Assembly: GCF_964194025.1 (NCBI RefSeq)
Contig: NC_134474.1
Location: 1 to 64,000 of the forward strand
Direction of reading: 5' to 3'
DNA: 64,000 nucleotides
From: Convolutriloba macropyga
Lineage: Eukaryota
The translations under genes were made by a program, and so were the position numbers. Position 1 is the stretch's first letter, and every line of letters starts with the position of its first letter. Below, piece after piece: positions 9,401 to 22,779 of this stretch. The notes under the pieces are model-generated. The model had not been told where the DNA came from and made no database searches. It was given only the letters and a program-made list of their open reading frames with translations.

Positions 9401-12400
9401 GACTCAGTTCCTAACTGCCACTTCAACTGATGGTCCTTGTTTAAAAAGTGCCTTGAACAATATTCACTAAATTCAAAGTAAAACTTATATTTTACAGCAC
9501 ACGTTTTTTTTAAACGTTAAATGCAGTGAAGGACAGTTTAAAAATGCAGAAAAAAACGAGGAGAGAGTTTTGAAAAATATTTTTGAATATGAACATTTAA
9601 TTTTAAAATCAATCGCAAAGGGCAAAAAAAGCCGACTTAATTTACAAAGTATGCATATTATCTTCTCAGAAAAATATTAGCGTCAGAACTTTTGTCTTAA
9701 AAAATGAACTAAAACATTCGTTATTATGTTTGCATGACTCAGCAAACGAAATTTCGCTGTTTTTGATGCTGTTTTAGAAATTTATGGTCAAATTTCATGA
9801 TAGTTGTTCACAATTTTCAATATGAGTCCAAGTAATTGAAAATTGTTCTCAGTTTCTCAATTTGAAGTAAAAAAATCAACTTTGAGAGATGAAAAAGCAT
9901 AGTTGTTGCTGAATTTGTCCGTAAATTGCTTCATTTTTCTCCCAAAAGATGCACGGGCATTAAGTTATAAAAGCAGCAATTGTTGAGATAACCACATTTT
10001 TGTTCCTTTCCTTTGTTCCGAGTTTCCTTTTACCTTTCACCAGAAGCTACGACATTTTTGACACTATGACAAATTTTTCAACAATGTTTTTTGGTAATTG
10101 TCAAAAAGAATTCCATACAGAAGTTTTTAAAGAGAAGTTACCTGATGTTACGGACTTCGAAAGCACTTTGGTAGAAGTTGTAGCTCATGTGCTTTTAATT
10201 GAGGTTTAGAGAGTCCGTACAAGTGCCTATAAAATTAACAAAATCATTTTAGCCAAAAATATTATAACATCATGGTCTTTGCTGCTTAAATTTATGTCTA
10301 TTTGCCGTATGAAAACCTCTTGATTGAGTTTATTTCTTTTTAAATTTGCCCCTCACCTTGCCTTGCCTTTTTTATGCTTCTAGGCTGCAAAGAAGTTTTA
10401 ATTTTTTGAGTCAACATGTTCAGCAAAAAGACAAAAAACAGACAATCAACAATTTTTAGAAGATATTCATGTACTCGAAACTTTAACACTAGCTTTTAAA
10501 ACTCTCATAAATTTTTGAAGAAGAATACTTAAGCAATCGTACTTCTCTTGTAGTGACGAAAAAATCATCATGACATTATTGAATCATGGAAAAAAATAAT
10601 CTCGATTAAAATTGGGGAAATGTTTTCAAAAAAAATATTTTCAATTTTCCGGATGCAAGAAATTCCGATTATTTATAAGGTTCCAAGCCATATCAGCCAA
10701 GAAAAGAAGTATATTTTTGAAATCAAACAAAAATTTTTCATTTAAGCTCGAACTTCGTTCATTTTCCTTAAACTCCCCGAATCAGTTGAGCAGTTTTAGC
10801 AAACTATTAAATGAGTTGTTTCATTTTTGAGTGCAATAATGCTTGTATCCGTCCAATGGCGCTGTAAATGAATAATTGAGAAACGCGCTTACTCGTGTAT
10901 AACCTACTACGTTTTAATGGCCTTGAAAACTGTTCTCGTAATTGTTTTTTATTCCACAGTTGGTTTTTAAAAGCCATGATTTTGAACGCATGTTGAAACT
11001 TTTTTTTAATCAATTTTCATAAAAGAAACTTTCAGCGCGACAACTTCAAAGCTGCTCAAAATCAGAATACATACATCACTTTATATGAAGAGTGGAAATA
11101 AAATCACGTCATCGAAATTTCTCTATTTTTTTTTCTTCCGATGATGTTAACCGTAATAAAATGTACCCAACAGTAGTTAATTGCAAACATTAGCCCCGAC
11201 AAACTCCTGGTTTTACAGAGGAAGTTTAAAGTTTCTTTAAAAATTTGATTCAACCTAAATTCTGGATAACTCTAACACATCTTCACTGAAACAAAAAGTG
11301 ATTCAGTGGTCAAGGAATAGCTAGACAGTCTAAATTTCAAATGTCAATATTATTATGATAGTAAATTAGAGAATGAGCAAAAGATGCGATGGATTAAATA
11401 TTAAACAGGTTGAAAATGTTAGTTTTAATGGCTGTTCAAGTAAATAATTGTTTTTAAATCAGCTGCAGGCGCTGGATGAGTCCGGATCAGAATTTCCCGA
11501 CTCTCGGTGGCGCTGCGAGACTCTGTGAAAGTCGCGATTGGCCTCCGGTTGCGATTGGCCTCAGTTGGTCCCATTAAAGCTTGCTGGGCCGAACGAACAC
11601 CTTATCTTCCATATACTTTAGCAATAATCTGGTTGTCAGTTAGAATCAAACAGTTTATATAGTTATGCAATAAGGATTGCGTATCTGAGTTTTCACAGAG
11701 CCAGTTCCTAACTGCCACTTCAACTGGTGGTCGTTGTTTATTAGGTGCCTTGAACAATTTTCACGAAATTCGATGTAAAAGTTTTTTTTACAGCACCGCT
11801 TTTTTGTAACGTTAAATGCAGTGAAATACATATTAAAAGCAAAAAAAAATGAGGACAGAGTTCTGAAAATGACAAAATATTTTTGAAAATGAACATTTAA
11901 TTTGAAAATCAATCACAAAGGGCAAAAAAGCCGACTTAATTTACAAAGTATGCATATTATCTTCTCAGAAAAATATTAGCGTCAGAACTTTTGTCTTAAA
12001 AAATGAACTAAAACATTCGTTATTATGTTTGCATGACTCAGCAAACGAAATTTCGATGTTTTTGATGCTGTTTTAGAAATTTATAGTCAAATTTTAGGAC
12101 AGTTGTTCACAATTTTCAATATGAGTCCAAGTAATTGAAAATTGTTCTCAGTTTCTCAATTTGAAGTAAAAAAATCAACTTTGAGAGATGAAAAAGCATA
12201 GTTGTTGCTGAATTTGTCCGTAAATTGCTTCATTTTTCTCCCAAAAGATGCACGGGCATTAAATTATAAAAGCAGCGATTGTTGATATAACCACATTTTT
12301 GTTCCTTTCCATTGTTCCGAATTTCCTTTTACCTTTTACCAGAAGCTACGACAATTTTGACACTATGACAAATTTTTCAACAATGTTTTTTGGTAATTGT

Positions 12401-13287
12401 CAAAAAGAATTCCATACAGAAGTTTTTAAAGAGAAGTTACCTGATGTTACGGACTTCGAAAGCACCTTTGTAGAAGTTGTAGCTCATGTGCTTTTAATTG
12501 AGGTTTAGAGAGTCCGTACAAGTGCCTATAAAATTAACAAAATCATTTTAGCCAAAAATATTATAACTTCATGGTCTTTGCTGCTTAAATTTATGTCTAT
12601 TTGCCGTATGAAAACCTCTTGATTGAGTTTACTTCTTTTTAAAATTGCCCCTCACCTCGCCTCGCGCCTCGCCTTTTTTATGCTTCTAGGCTGCAAAGAA
12701 GTTTTAATTTTTTGAGTCAACATGTTCAGCAAAAAGACAAAAAACAGACAATCAACAATTTTTACAAGATATTCATGTACACGAAACTTTAACACTAGCT
12801 TTTAAAACTCTCATAAATTTTTGAAGAAGAATACTTAAGCAATCGTACTTCTCTTGTAGTGACGAAAATATCATCATGACATTATTGAATCATGGAAAAA
12901 AATAATCTCGATTGAAATTGGGGAAATGTTTTCAAAAAAAATCTTTTCAATTTTCCGGATGCAAGAAATTCCGATTATTTATAAGGTTCCAAGCCATAGC
13001 AGCCAAGAAAAAAAGCATATTTTTGAAATCAAACAGAAATGTTTCATTAAAGCTCGAACTTCATTCAATTTCCTTAAACTATCCGAATCAGTTGAGCAGT
13101 TTTGTCAAACTATTAAATAAGCGGTTTCACTTATGAGTGCACTAATGTTTGTATCCGTCCAATGGCGCTGTAAATGAATAATTAATAAACGCGCTTACTC
13201 GTGTAAAACTTACTACGTTTTAATTGCCTTGAAAACTGTTCTCGTATTTATTTTTTTATTCCACAGTTGGTTTTTAAAAGTCATGAT
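6468..13287. repeat. Tandem array of three ~2.27-kb units (starting ~6468, 8745, 10982)
   Basis: Collinear units all begin TT(C/G)AACGCATGTT and end AAAAG(C/T)CATGAT. Paralogous ORF pairs occur at 10000/12299, 10612/12912 and 6955/9123. Confidence 0.96.
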
Positions 13288-13679
13288 GTTTTCCTGCCTT
13301 GTGGATACTACCATTTTTAAAAATGATCAATTCTGTTTAGAAAATTTAAAAAGAAATCAATTGATTAAAGGCTTTTTGTATGTCGAAATCAGACAGGAAA
13401 TAAAATGAAACGCAATTTAAAGCGAAAACAACAAAATCGTCGCGTAACTAAGGAAATTGTTTTGTATATTTGAGAATAGAAAGCACAGTTAGTCTTACTG
13501 TGGCACTAAAAAACGCCGTTTATGTAATGCTGTTTCCCCCAATTTTGTATAGCTGTTTTTCCCCAATTTTTTAATCTTCAGTCAAATTTGTCAAACTAAA
13601 AAAGTGAATACCTGAAGATTATGTGAGTCAAAAGTTAATCAAGCGCATAGTCGCCGTTTTCCTGCACAGCAAAATTAAC

Positions 13680-13930
13680 CTAACCAACTTTTATCAGTGA
13701 CATTTAAAACTTTAATAAATTGATTAGAAAAATTTCCTACTTACATTTGCTTTTCAGATTAACTTAAAATGTCAAGCGTTAAAATCGGCGGAGTTTTAAT
13801 TAATGATGAAAACTTAACAATGGCTTAAATCTAGGGCTCGTATTTTGCAGTCTACAATTACTGCAAATACTAAAAAAGGAAAAGTTTTTTGATGATTCGT
13901 CAATAACTGATACTTTTTTGTTAATTTGTT
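13680..13930. repeat. Diverged dispersed repeat, second copy at ~16880-17150
   Basis: Shared collinear blocks TGACATTTAAAACTT, TTAAAATGTCAA, TAAATCTAGGG and AAAAGGAAAA. Confidence 0.6.
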
Positions 13931-15413
13931 AACAATAAATCTTGAAATTCTTCCATACCTAACCTAATTTTCGCTGTAACCTTTTTCGCTTAGACTGAAA
14001 TTGGATACGTGTACTCGCAAAGTTTCTTCGAAAAAATTCAATTGAATTGAATGGTTTAAATTTTACAGGACGATTGCAACCTTACAAAATACATAACTCT
14101 AGCCCTTAATTTTTTTTTTACTTTAAAAAGTTTTGTCAGACCCATGACCTCAAAGATAACAACAGAATAGATTGAGGGCAAAAACTCCTGTCCAGAAAAT
14201 AACAACAAAACACCCGAAAATTTGTAAAACTCCGGAATAAAGATTAAGATTTGTTCGGCGTATTAAATGTAAATAAAATGTTTTAAATGTAAATTATAAA
14301 TAGTTTCAACAATTCATAGTTATTTTACCTCATTTCTTAGAATTAGATAGAATAGTCAATGATAAGTGTAGGTAGCTTGTATATTATTATCTTTGATGGT
14401 GCATCAATTTTAAGTCACCCTGAAAGGTGAATGTAAAAATACTTTTTATGAACGTAGAGTTCGAAAACGTTCGTTTTTATTATTCCAAATTCATTTTTAT
14501 TTTTCAATTCCTTTTCCTCTGCATCTTTTACTAAAATTTGGGTCAACAAAATTAGCTCTAAATTTTTGTTTTAATTTGCTGGAGATAGAATTAGCATGAA
14601 GGAAAAGGAAAATTCAGATAGTTTCTATTCACCAAATATGTTTCGCTTTCGAAGAAATGTTGATTGATGCTGCCGCGAAATCAGTGATATTGAAACCGTA
14701 GATTAATTTAAAGCAATTTTAGAAATTTAGAGGATCATAATTAAATTTCATATTGATATCGAGTTTCGACTATCCTTTATAAGATTGCCGGCAAATATTT
14801 GGTTTCTTGAATATCGACCGGTTGGGCATTTCTTAGTAGTGATACACGGATCATATATGATTTCTCACATCACAGGCTATTTCTTTGTACAATTCTTGTA
14901 TTATTAAAAAGTAAGACAATTATGACACTGAAAACACAATGAATACTGAGAAAGTATTTTTGACCCATGTGATTAAAAGGGGGAATGATAAATGATCAAG
15001 GACTAGATCTGTAACGATATTTCAAGAAACCAAATATTTGCCCTCAATATTATTAAAGATAGTCGAAATTCAATATCAATATGAAATTTAATGATGTTGA
15101 TCTAAAAGGCATAACCTAAGAATGACACTTGCAAAAAAAAGAAAATTCAGAAAAAATAATGCGAGTGAACAAATACATTGATATGAGATCGAGTCTAGTT
15201 TATTTGGGTATATTGTCTGTGATATCTTGTTGTCTCCAGGATAGTTCAGTGTCAATGCACATCGGATTGCTTTTTCATTAAATTGCAAAAAGTAAGTTTG
15301 CGCTCGAATATATATACTGGACAATTTGCTGTTTTACGCATGTACTGTACGCACATGCACTACGACCGGGAACATGAGCAAGTGCAAACAAGTCCAAAGC
15401 GCTCAAATGTTGG

Positions 15414-15572
15414 GGATCTTTTCCGTTTGTGCCCCCAGCTTAGTGGAGGCATGTTATTTGCACCCCCAGACGCACGTGCCTTATTTTTACGCAGTGATTT
15501 ACTATGTAACTGTACGTGTTCTGAAACGGGGGGGGGAGATAACGTAATGGGGGGCACAAATGGAAAAGATCC
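15414..15572 (+). mobile_element. MITE, best-preserved copy (159 bp, ~23-bp TIRs)
   Basis: GGATCTTTTCCGTTTGTGCCCCC ... GGGGGCACAAATGGAAAAGATCC (one mismatch); non-coding interior. Confidence 0.88.
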
Positions 15573-18218
15573 GAATTTGGTATATATTTCGCTAGTTTTC
15601 GCATTTTACAGTGTGCGAATACTCTTGATCTCGTTGCCCTTTTCCGCAGGTTTGATCTCAAAGACTACGACTCTTTATGATTTTTTTTCAGAGAAGAGTT
15701 TTGTTTTAACAGATGGATTTTTATAAAATTTTTAAGTCGAATTATATTATAACTAAAACGTAACAGTTTAAAGATCGAATAATTAGTAACCAAAACGCAA
15801 CCACTGAGATGACAAACATTTGGTGCGAACATTAGCGACGCGATTCGGTTAACTAGGCTAAAATTTTTGCAGTGCTATTGTCGCTATATTGTGAATGTTA
15901 TTGTTGTTGCTGACGTTGACAAATTGTAATTCAGAAAACTGTTTTAGGAACTAAAAGCAAACCAAAGGATGACCTTTTTTCAGAGCAAACCTGTCCGGCG
16001 TGAGCTTAGAAATCATGCGGAAAATAAGATCTTTAGGAACTTGGAAAATTATGGAATTTTGAAGTCGTTTAAGTTAAAATTTCAACAACACATTTTTAAT
16101 AAACTCGTTCTTTACTATGATACATATTAATCATTTTTTAAGAAAAGAAGATGTTTCAAGTTTATCTTCTGCTCTTCGATCAATCAATATTTTTATAAAT
16201 CTATATCGTTTACTGCCAGAGGACAACAATTTAGATATTTAAGATAAGATCTGCCGCAGGTGAATTTCATCCCATCCCCTATACCCCTCAAACATTTGAA
16301 AACTTCTTTTAAACAACCGTTTACTTTAGATGGCCGCACTTGAGTGTATTTTGGAATTTTGCTGAAGCTCTTTCACGATACAGTTTTTGTACAAGTAAAT
16401 GACAGTAAAGGAAAGTAACTAAAATAATAGTTCAAAATAGTATTTTAAGTTAATATCTCAATTTGCAACTAATCCTGTAAAAAAATTGATCGTAAATTTT
16501 GAATAACACAAATACAAGGAAAATTTTTCAATTAAACTGGTTCAATATTTGCAGCTGTCAGAATAAATTTATGCTAAAATGAACTTGCTTTAAAAGCTAT
16601 TCAAATTAATTCACGGAACAAATTCAAAAAGGTCACATGATTTGTGAACAGATGCTTACCTGTCGTTGGTCAGAGCTTCTATGTTTTCTGCCGAATTTGA
16701 GTCCATAACTGCCAAATTTTTCACTGCTGAGCTTTCAAAGAAATTTTTTTCCTGAAATTTTTTAGTCTTTAAATGTTGTTTTATCAATACTATCCGACTA
16801 GAGAAATGAATAAATGCGGAAATTTGTAGTAATTTTTTTAAATCTAAGCTCGTTGTCGCCGTTTTTTGGAGAAGCAAAATTAAACAATCCAGTTTTCAAA
16901 TTTGACATTTAAAACTTCAGTCAATTGATGTGGAAACTTTTCTCTAATTAAAATTTGTTTTCTGACCAATTTAAAATGTCAACCGTTTTCAATTTAAAAT
17001 GTATCAATTATTAGCTTTAGAAATTGTTCATTACTGAAAGCATTTTAAATCTAGGGGCTGCATTGTAGAGTTATGAATACTGGAGAGGAAATAATGCAAA
17101 AGGAAAAAATATTGATTTGTAAATATCCAATCGTTTTTTGTTGCTATTTTGCTAATAGCGACAACCATTTATTGTAGACGGCGCTATTGAAATGGCGCGC
17201 TTACTTTCTTACTTTTGACGGTTCCGTAGTTTGAATTGAATTGCAATTTTTTAAGATTCATTTTGTAATTTTTAAGTGTGCTGTAACTTTAAGCACTATA
17301 AAAACTGAAAGAGGAAATGGCAAGAAACAATATTCTGTTGATATTTATCACAAATTAAATTGGTAATCTCAACAGCTTAAAATAGCACAAATCCCGTTTT
17401 TTTTCCAACAATGATTAAAAGACTGATATTATTATATTTCAACTTGATAGTTTTTTTGTGGTTATATTTAGTACAATTTTATTCGCCCTTGTCTCCGCAA
17501 AACTTAGCGAAGTTTTTAACTGTGACTTGTGAAATAGCGATATGAGTTCGCCGAATAACAATTTGTTCAGAGCTATTTTATGAGGAATTGCAGACTATGT
17601 AGAGCAGACAAATAAAAATGGGCCGAAATTGTTCGTTCAAAACGTGAAAGAGGTCCATTTATTAAGGTACATCAGCTTCGTTTGTGACTGCTAAATTTTT
17701 CGTTATCCATATTGTTGTTCTATAATTTTTTTTATGGTTTTAATCTTGTAAAGTTACTATGGGACTTACTTGGGGCAACATGAAATACGAAAATATATTC
17801 GAAAAAGACTCAATCAATTCTGGTTTTTACCGACACACTTGTTTTGTAATGATTCAACCCAGACATATACTATAGTTGACAGATTTTGAAAATTTTTCAG
17901 CTCCTCAATTAAACTATATGCGGCCATCTGATTTCGCGCCCAGACCTGGATCAAACAAATTAAGTGTGGGTTGTTCCCACTCATTAAGATTCCTGGAGGA
18001 CTAACATATGGCTGACAGACAGGCCATTGATTTGTCGACTAATTACAAAAATACTTTAATTTTTTTTTGATAAAAATCTTGGAATCAAACTGCGGGAGGA
18101 CAGAATAAAAGTCGGCCATATTCTTCCTGGCACAGGGTCACATGTTTGCCCTGACTAAGTAATATGCAATTTCGTGTAGTTTGACGAAAAAGATCGAGTA
18201 TTTGGGGCCAAAAGGAAA

Positions 18219-18551
18219 TTGAAAAAGTTGAAGAACCCACTGAGCAATTTGAACATGTATATCAACGAGAGGCTTTCAAAGCATGAAGCGCAATTCAACA
18301 GTGAAGCTAAAAAGATGGGCATGATTACATCCACTAAAAACTGTGCAGTATCCGTAATCGTCCGGAATTCTGAAAACGAAATTTCGTTCCAACCCGTTAA
18401 CTATGTCAACGACCTCAATAAAGTCAAAAATGCCGTGTTGAGAGAACTGGCCAGAGAAAAACTAAAGTTTGGCACTAATTACTATCGAACGGTAACATCA
18501 GACGAACAAGAAAAATATTCTCCTGAAATAAAAAAGCAGAGGAAATACTAA
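18219..18551 (+). pseudogene. LINE ORF1 C-terminal remnant
   Basis: KLKKLKNPLSNLNMYINERLS resembles the ORF1 'I.I.E.LT' motif, an upstream frame reads LGIKLREDRIKVGHILPG, and it lies 5' of ORF2. Confidence 0.6.
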
Positions 18552-19186
18552 ACTGGAAAAAAACTGCCACATTTCTAAAATTCAATAATTTTTGTTTATA
18601 ATAATCTGAAAATTTGAGGCTGTAACTTTGATTTCTATCCAGTACCAGTACTTCACTTTATTGTAGAGAAGTGGCACATGCATAAATTAAATGTGACATT
18701 TAGTGCCTTCCACTAGCTACTAGCTGCAATAAACGCAGCCTGTCTTTTTTCGGCTAGGTTTTTTTTAATTGAGGTTCTTTTTATTAAACTTTAGAAGGTT
18801 CCGCCTTAGTGCTCGTGATATCCGCAGCCTAAAGCAGGACATAATTTTTTTAAACAGTGAATAGGACATCAGGAGGAACAAAAGTCTTGCGAAATACGCA
18901 GATTAGTTGTTTACTGCTCGAGATTCATTTCGAGTCGTTTGGAATTTGTGATATTCGCAAATAACGATTGACAACTGATAATGAATCCTCGAGAAAACCA
19001 GAAAATTTTATCAAATACCGACTGCAAGTTTTTTGTGATATTCGCGAAAAACGTGTCAACCAGTCGGTGTTCTTTCGTTTTGATTTGATAACCGTGTAAA
19101 AAAACAATGCACACGGAGTTGCATTTTACAATAACCGAGTGGTAAAAGTGTTCTAATTCAGTTAAGAGCTTGCAAAAATTTAAACG

Positions 19187-19872
19187 ATGAAGAATAATAT
19201 TTTGTTGCAGAACATCAGATCAATCTATAAAAATTTAAATCATTTCGAGGTTTTTTTGGCGCAACAAGAAACACAGCCCTTGGCTATATGCCTAACCGAA
19301 ACGTGGCTCAAAGATGACAGCTACATCAAACATTTATCGCTTAGTAGTTACCAGCTGCTTGATACAAGCAACCGGCAAATAGGAAAAGGAGGAGAAGTTG
19401 CAATATTTGTTAGGGAATGCGTGGTGAAAACGGTTCTACAGAAATTTTCAAGTTGGAACTGTCAATTGCTAACAATCAAAATTGAACGCAAAATTACAAA
19501 AACGATCTCGTTTTGACTGTTATATACCTCAAACCTAATACAAGTTTATCAGAGTTGTCAAAAACTTTCCAGGTATCTTTTGAAAACATAACATTCAAGC
19601 CAAAACAGATGCATCTAATGTGTGGAGATTTAAATATTGATCACCCAAAAACAAATGCAAAATTTTTGACTTTAGAAAATGTTCTCGGAGGGTATGATCT
19701 CAACAATATGTCTCGGACAGGATTCACCAGGGAGAACATTATTTCTCAAGCAAAAATTGATATAGTATATTGCTCACAAGAAGTGAAAGTTGAAGTTCTA
19801 AAATCTACAATAGCCGATCACTACACTGTTAAAACTGAACTAGACGAGGAAACGAAAAAAAAACAGTTTTAA
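19187..19872 (+). pseudogene. LINE ORF2 apurinic-like endonuclease domain (frameshifted)
   Basis: QNIRSI, CLTETWL, GGEVAIF, CGDLNID, IDIVY, ADHY. Confidence 0.92.
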
Positions 19873-20048
19873 GAATGCAACAGTACCACAGACATTAAGC
19901 TATACTAGAAAACAAATCTGTGTTAGAAAAGCTAGTGTTCAAACTGAAACACAAATTACAAGGTTTTCAAGATAATTTTGGTCTCTTTTACAGCGACTCG
20001 CCATTTGAATAATTTCAGCAAACTATTATTGATGAAATAAAATATTAT

Positions 20049-21776
20049 GTGCCAGAGAAGAAATCAAAGGCTCTCAGACATAATACATGGTTTGATAACT
20101 CAATTAAAAACCTTGCAGCAAAAAAGCAAAAATTTTATCAAAGATACATGCAACAGAAAACAAATGATAATAAAAAGAGATTTAATAAAATTAGGAATTT
20201 GCTACAAAAAAGAGTGCTCCAAAAAAGAAGAAACTTTTATCGAACATTTTTAGTCAGGAACGCCAAGCGTACTAACAAAACATTCTTCAATAATATCAAA
20301 AGTTTAGGAGGAGACTCACAAAAAAAACAACAAGCTACCTTAACGCAGGAAGAGACTGAAAATTTCAACAAATTTTTCAGCACCATCGGAAAAACGTTAG
20401 CTGATAAAATGGTTACAGATGGAAAAAACAGCACAAAAACAGAAGCGTCAATAGCATGTTTCTACACAAAATCAGTGAAAATGAGCTATCCGTGGCAATC
20501 AGAAACCTGAAAAATAAATACAGCTCAGATTTTGGTGGACTCAACAATTTCATACTAAAAAAATACAGTTTGCTATTGTCCCGACTCTTACATATCTGAT
20601 CAACAAAAGTTTTGAAAACAGAGTTTTCCCGAACTGCTTAAAGAAAGCCGTAATTATTCCACTGTATAAAAAGGAGATCCTAAAGTTGCTGAAAATTACA
20701 GACCAATCAGTTTGCTGCCAACAATAGGAAAACTGGTTGAGAAATTGGTTCAGAAAAGAATGCTAAATTTTTTGGAAAAATTCAAACTTCTAAACAAAAA
20801 TCAGTTTGGGTTTAGGACAAAAACATGCACTGTTGAAGCCTTGGTATCATTTATTGAGGGCGTCAGGCAAGATTGGGAGGATGGTATTACAGAAACTAAA
20901 GCTGTGTTCATTGATCGCAAAAAAGCATTTGACACAGTTAAACATAGTATTCTTTTGGACAAACTCAACAACTTGGGATTGAAGGGTCACATGCAAAGTT
21001 TTTCGAAATCTTATCTGAGCAAAAGGCAGCAATGTAAAAATTCAGGAAATGTATACTCCAATTTTGCGGAAGTCGATTATGGGGTACCACAAGGGTCAGT
21101 ACTTGGACCACTTCTTTTTCTTGTGTATATAAACGACATAGATGATTACTGTAGTCAGAACTGTTTGAACTTATACGCTGACAATAATGTTGTTAAACAA
21201 AAAGGGGAATCAACAACTGAAAGTTTCAGCCAATCTTTGAACCTGGTTAGTGATTACCTCATAAAAAACAAACTGACTATGAACTACGAAAAAACTTGTT
21301 TTATGAGCATGAAACCAGATGGAAAAATTCAAAGCAACAAATACAGATGAAAGAAATGAACCCTACAAAGAGATCATCACTGAAATACTTACGTATAGAA
21401 TTGGATGACAATCTGAATTTCGGCGAACTTATTAAAAAAATTTGCTCAAAACTGAACGAATTCTGAGGACTTTTTTACCGGCTCAGATTTGATTTTAACT
21501 GTTAAACAAATGTTATTAACATACAAAATTTATGTCCAATCTGATGTGAGCTATGGCGTACTAGTCTACGGAACATGTAACAAAACATTAATTTTGCCAA
21601 TCGCGTCGTCGAAAATTACACGAATTATTTTTAATAAACCTAAATCATCCTCCACTGGCCTGGAACGCGAATCAAATCACATTTATTCGATCCGAGTCAT
21701 GCACTTATTTGAATTGTTGAAAAAATTAGCTGAAATTTTAAGAGCAGAATGCCATTTTGAGTGTCTTAAGACGTAA
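20049..21776 (+). pseudogene. LINE ORF2 linker and reverse transcriptase (disrupted)
   Basis: NTWFD, ENYRPISLLP, QFGFR, DRKKAFDTV, GVPQGSVLGPLLFLVYIND, LYADN, YGVLVYG. Confidence 0.93.
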
Positions 21777-22779
21777 TTACTAGAAAAGAAATTGAAACAC
21801 TGCAAGCAAAAAGAATCCAATCAAAGCAACTTAAAACTGCAAACAAAAGCAGCGGCCTCAGTCCTAAAAAATTAGGAGTAAGAATACGAAAATTGCTTAC
21901 CTTCATTTTAAAATTTTACCCTAATTTTGTTTTAGAAGTGCAAATTCTGAGTGCAAGAGAACTTAAGCAATTCTTATATCTAGTTTCAGGGACAATTTTT
22001 TCGTAGACAACCGAGAACTGCTTGCTTTTTTTATTACAAAAACTCCATAGATCTCATGAAATTCAGAATAAGGTTTTGAGGTTTCCCCCTATTTTCTCTT
22101 AACATGATACGCCACGCTTTGACACCTTGCTCATAGTAATGGTACTGGTCATCGCTAGACTAGGAACTTTGGACCTATTGATGACCTGTCGAGTGGATTT
22201 GCTATTTTGGTACATAATTCATACCATATGGGTTGCAAACAAGTGTACATCCTACTCCAGAACAATTTATTATTAATAGAAAATTTTGGAAAGCAGATCC
22301 TAATTGAAAAGCGCTTGTATTTTTTTGATTAGCATGGACAGAATAGAAATCAACAAGGCGAGTATTATTGTCCCTCAATGCTAAAATTTTTTTTTAAAAT
22401 TTCTATCAGTAAAAATAGGTTTTAATGGACAGCATTTAGGTGTCCTGTTAAAAGGGAAAGTTTTAGAACAATTTAATAGGCCCAGAAACGAAAATGAGTT
22501 TTACTTTTATGCACTTATTTAGCCTACTCTCAAAGGTTCCTCTTCCTTTCACCCCGATTTATTTAACACCCATAATTTAGCAAAACATATATTCACACCT
22601 CAATCAGTTAATCCCGCAATTTAATTACTATGAAATCGGTTTAACACCGAAATCTTTTATCTATTTCGGTTTCCAAATCGAAAAAACGACTTAAGAACAC
22701 AAAATTACTGACCTTCAAAAGTGCGACCTTAAATAGCTTGGATTTGTTTGAAGTCGAGGAACAACGCAGAGAAATCTTG

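Larger units (their letters stand above)
17990..22020 (+). mobile_element. Decayed non-LTR retrotransposon (CR1/L2-type LINE) with ORF1 and ORF2 remnants
   Basis: An ORF1-like remnant is followed by APE endonuclease and RT motifs in order, broken by stops and frameshifts. Boundaries are approximate. Confidence 0.9.

Noticed and set aside
15283-15726. Cluster of overlapping ORFs on both strands
   Set aside because: Caused by the GC-rich palindromic MITE; no protein motif.
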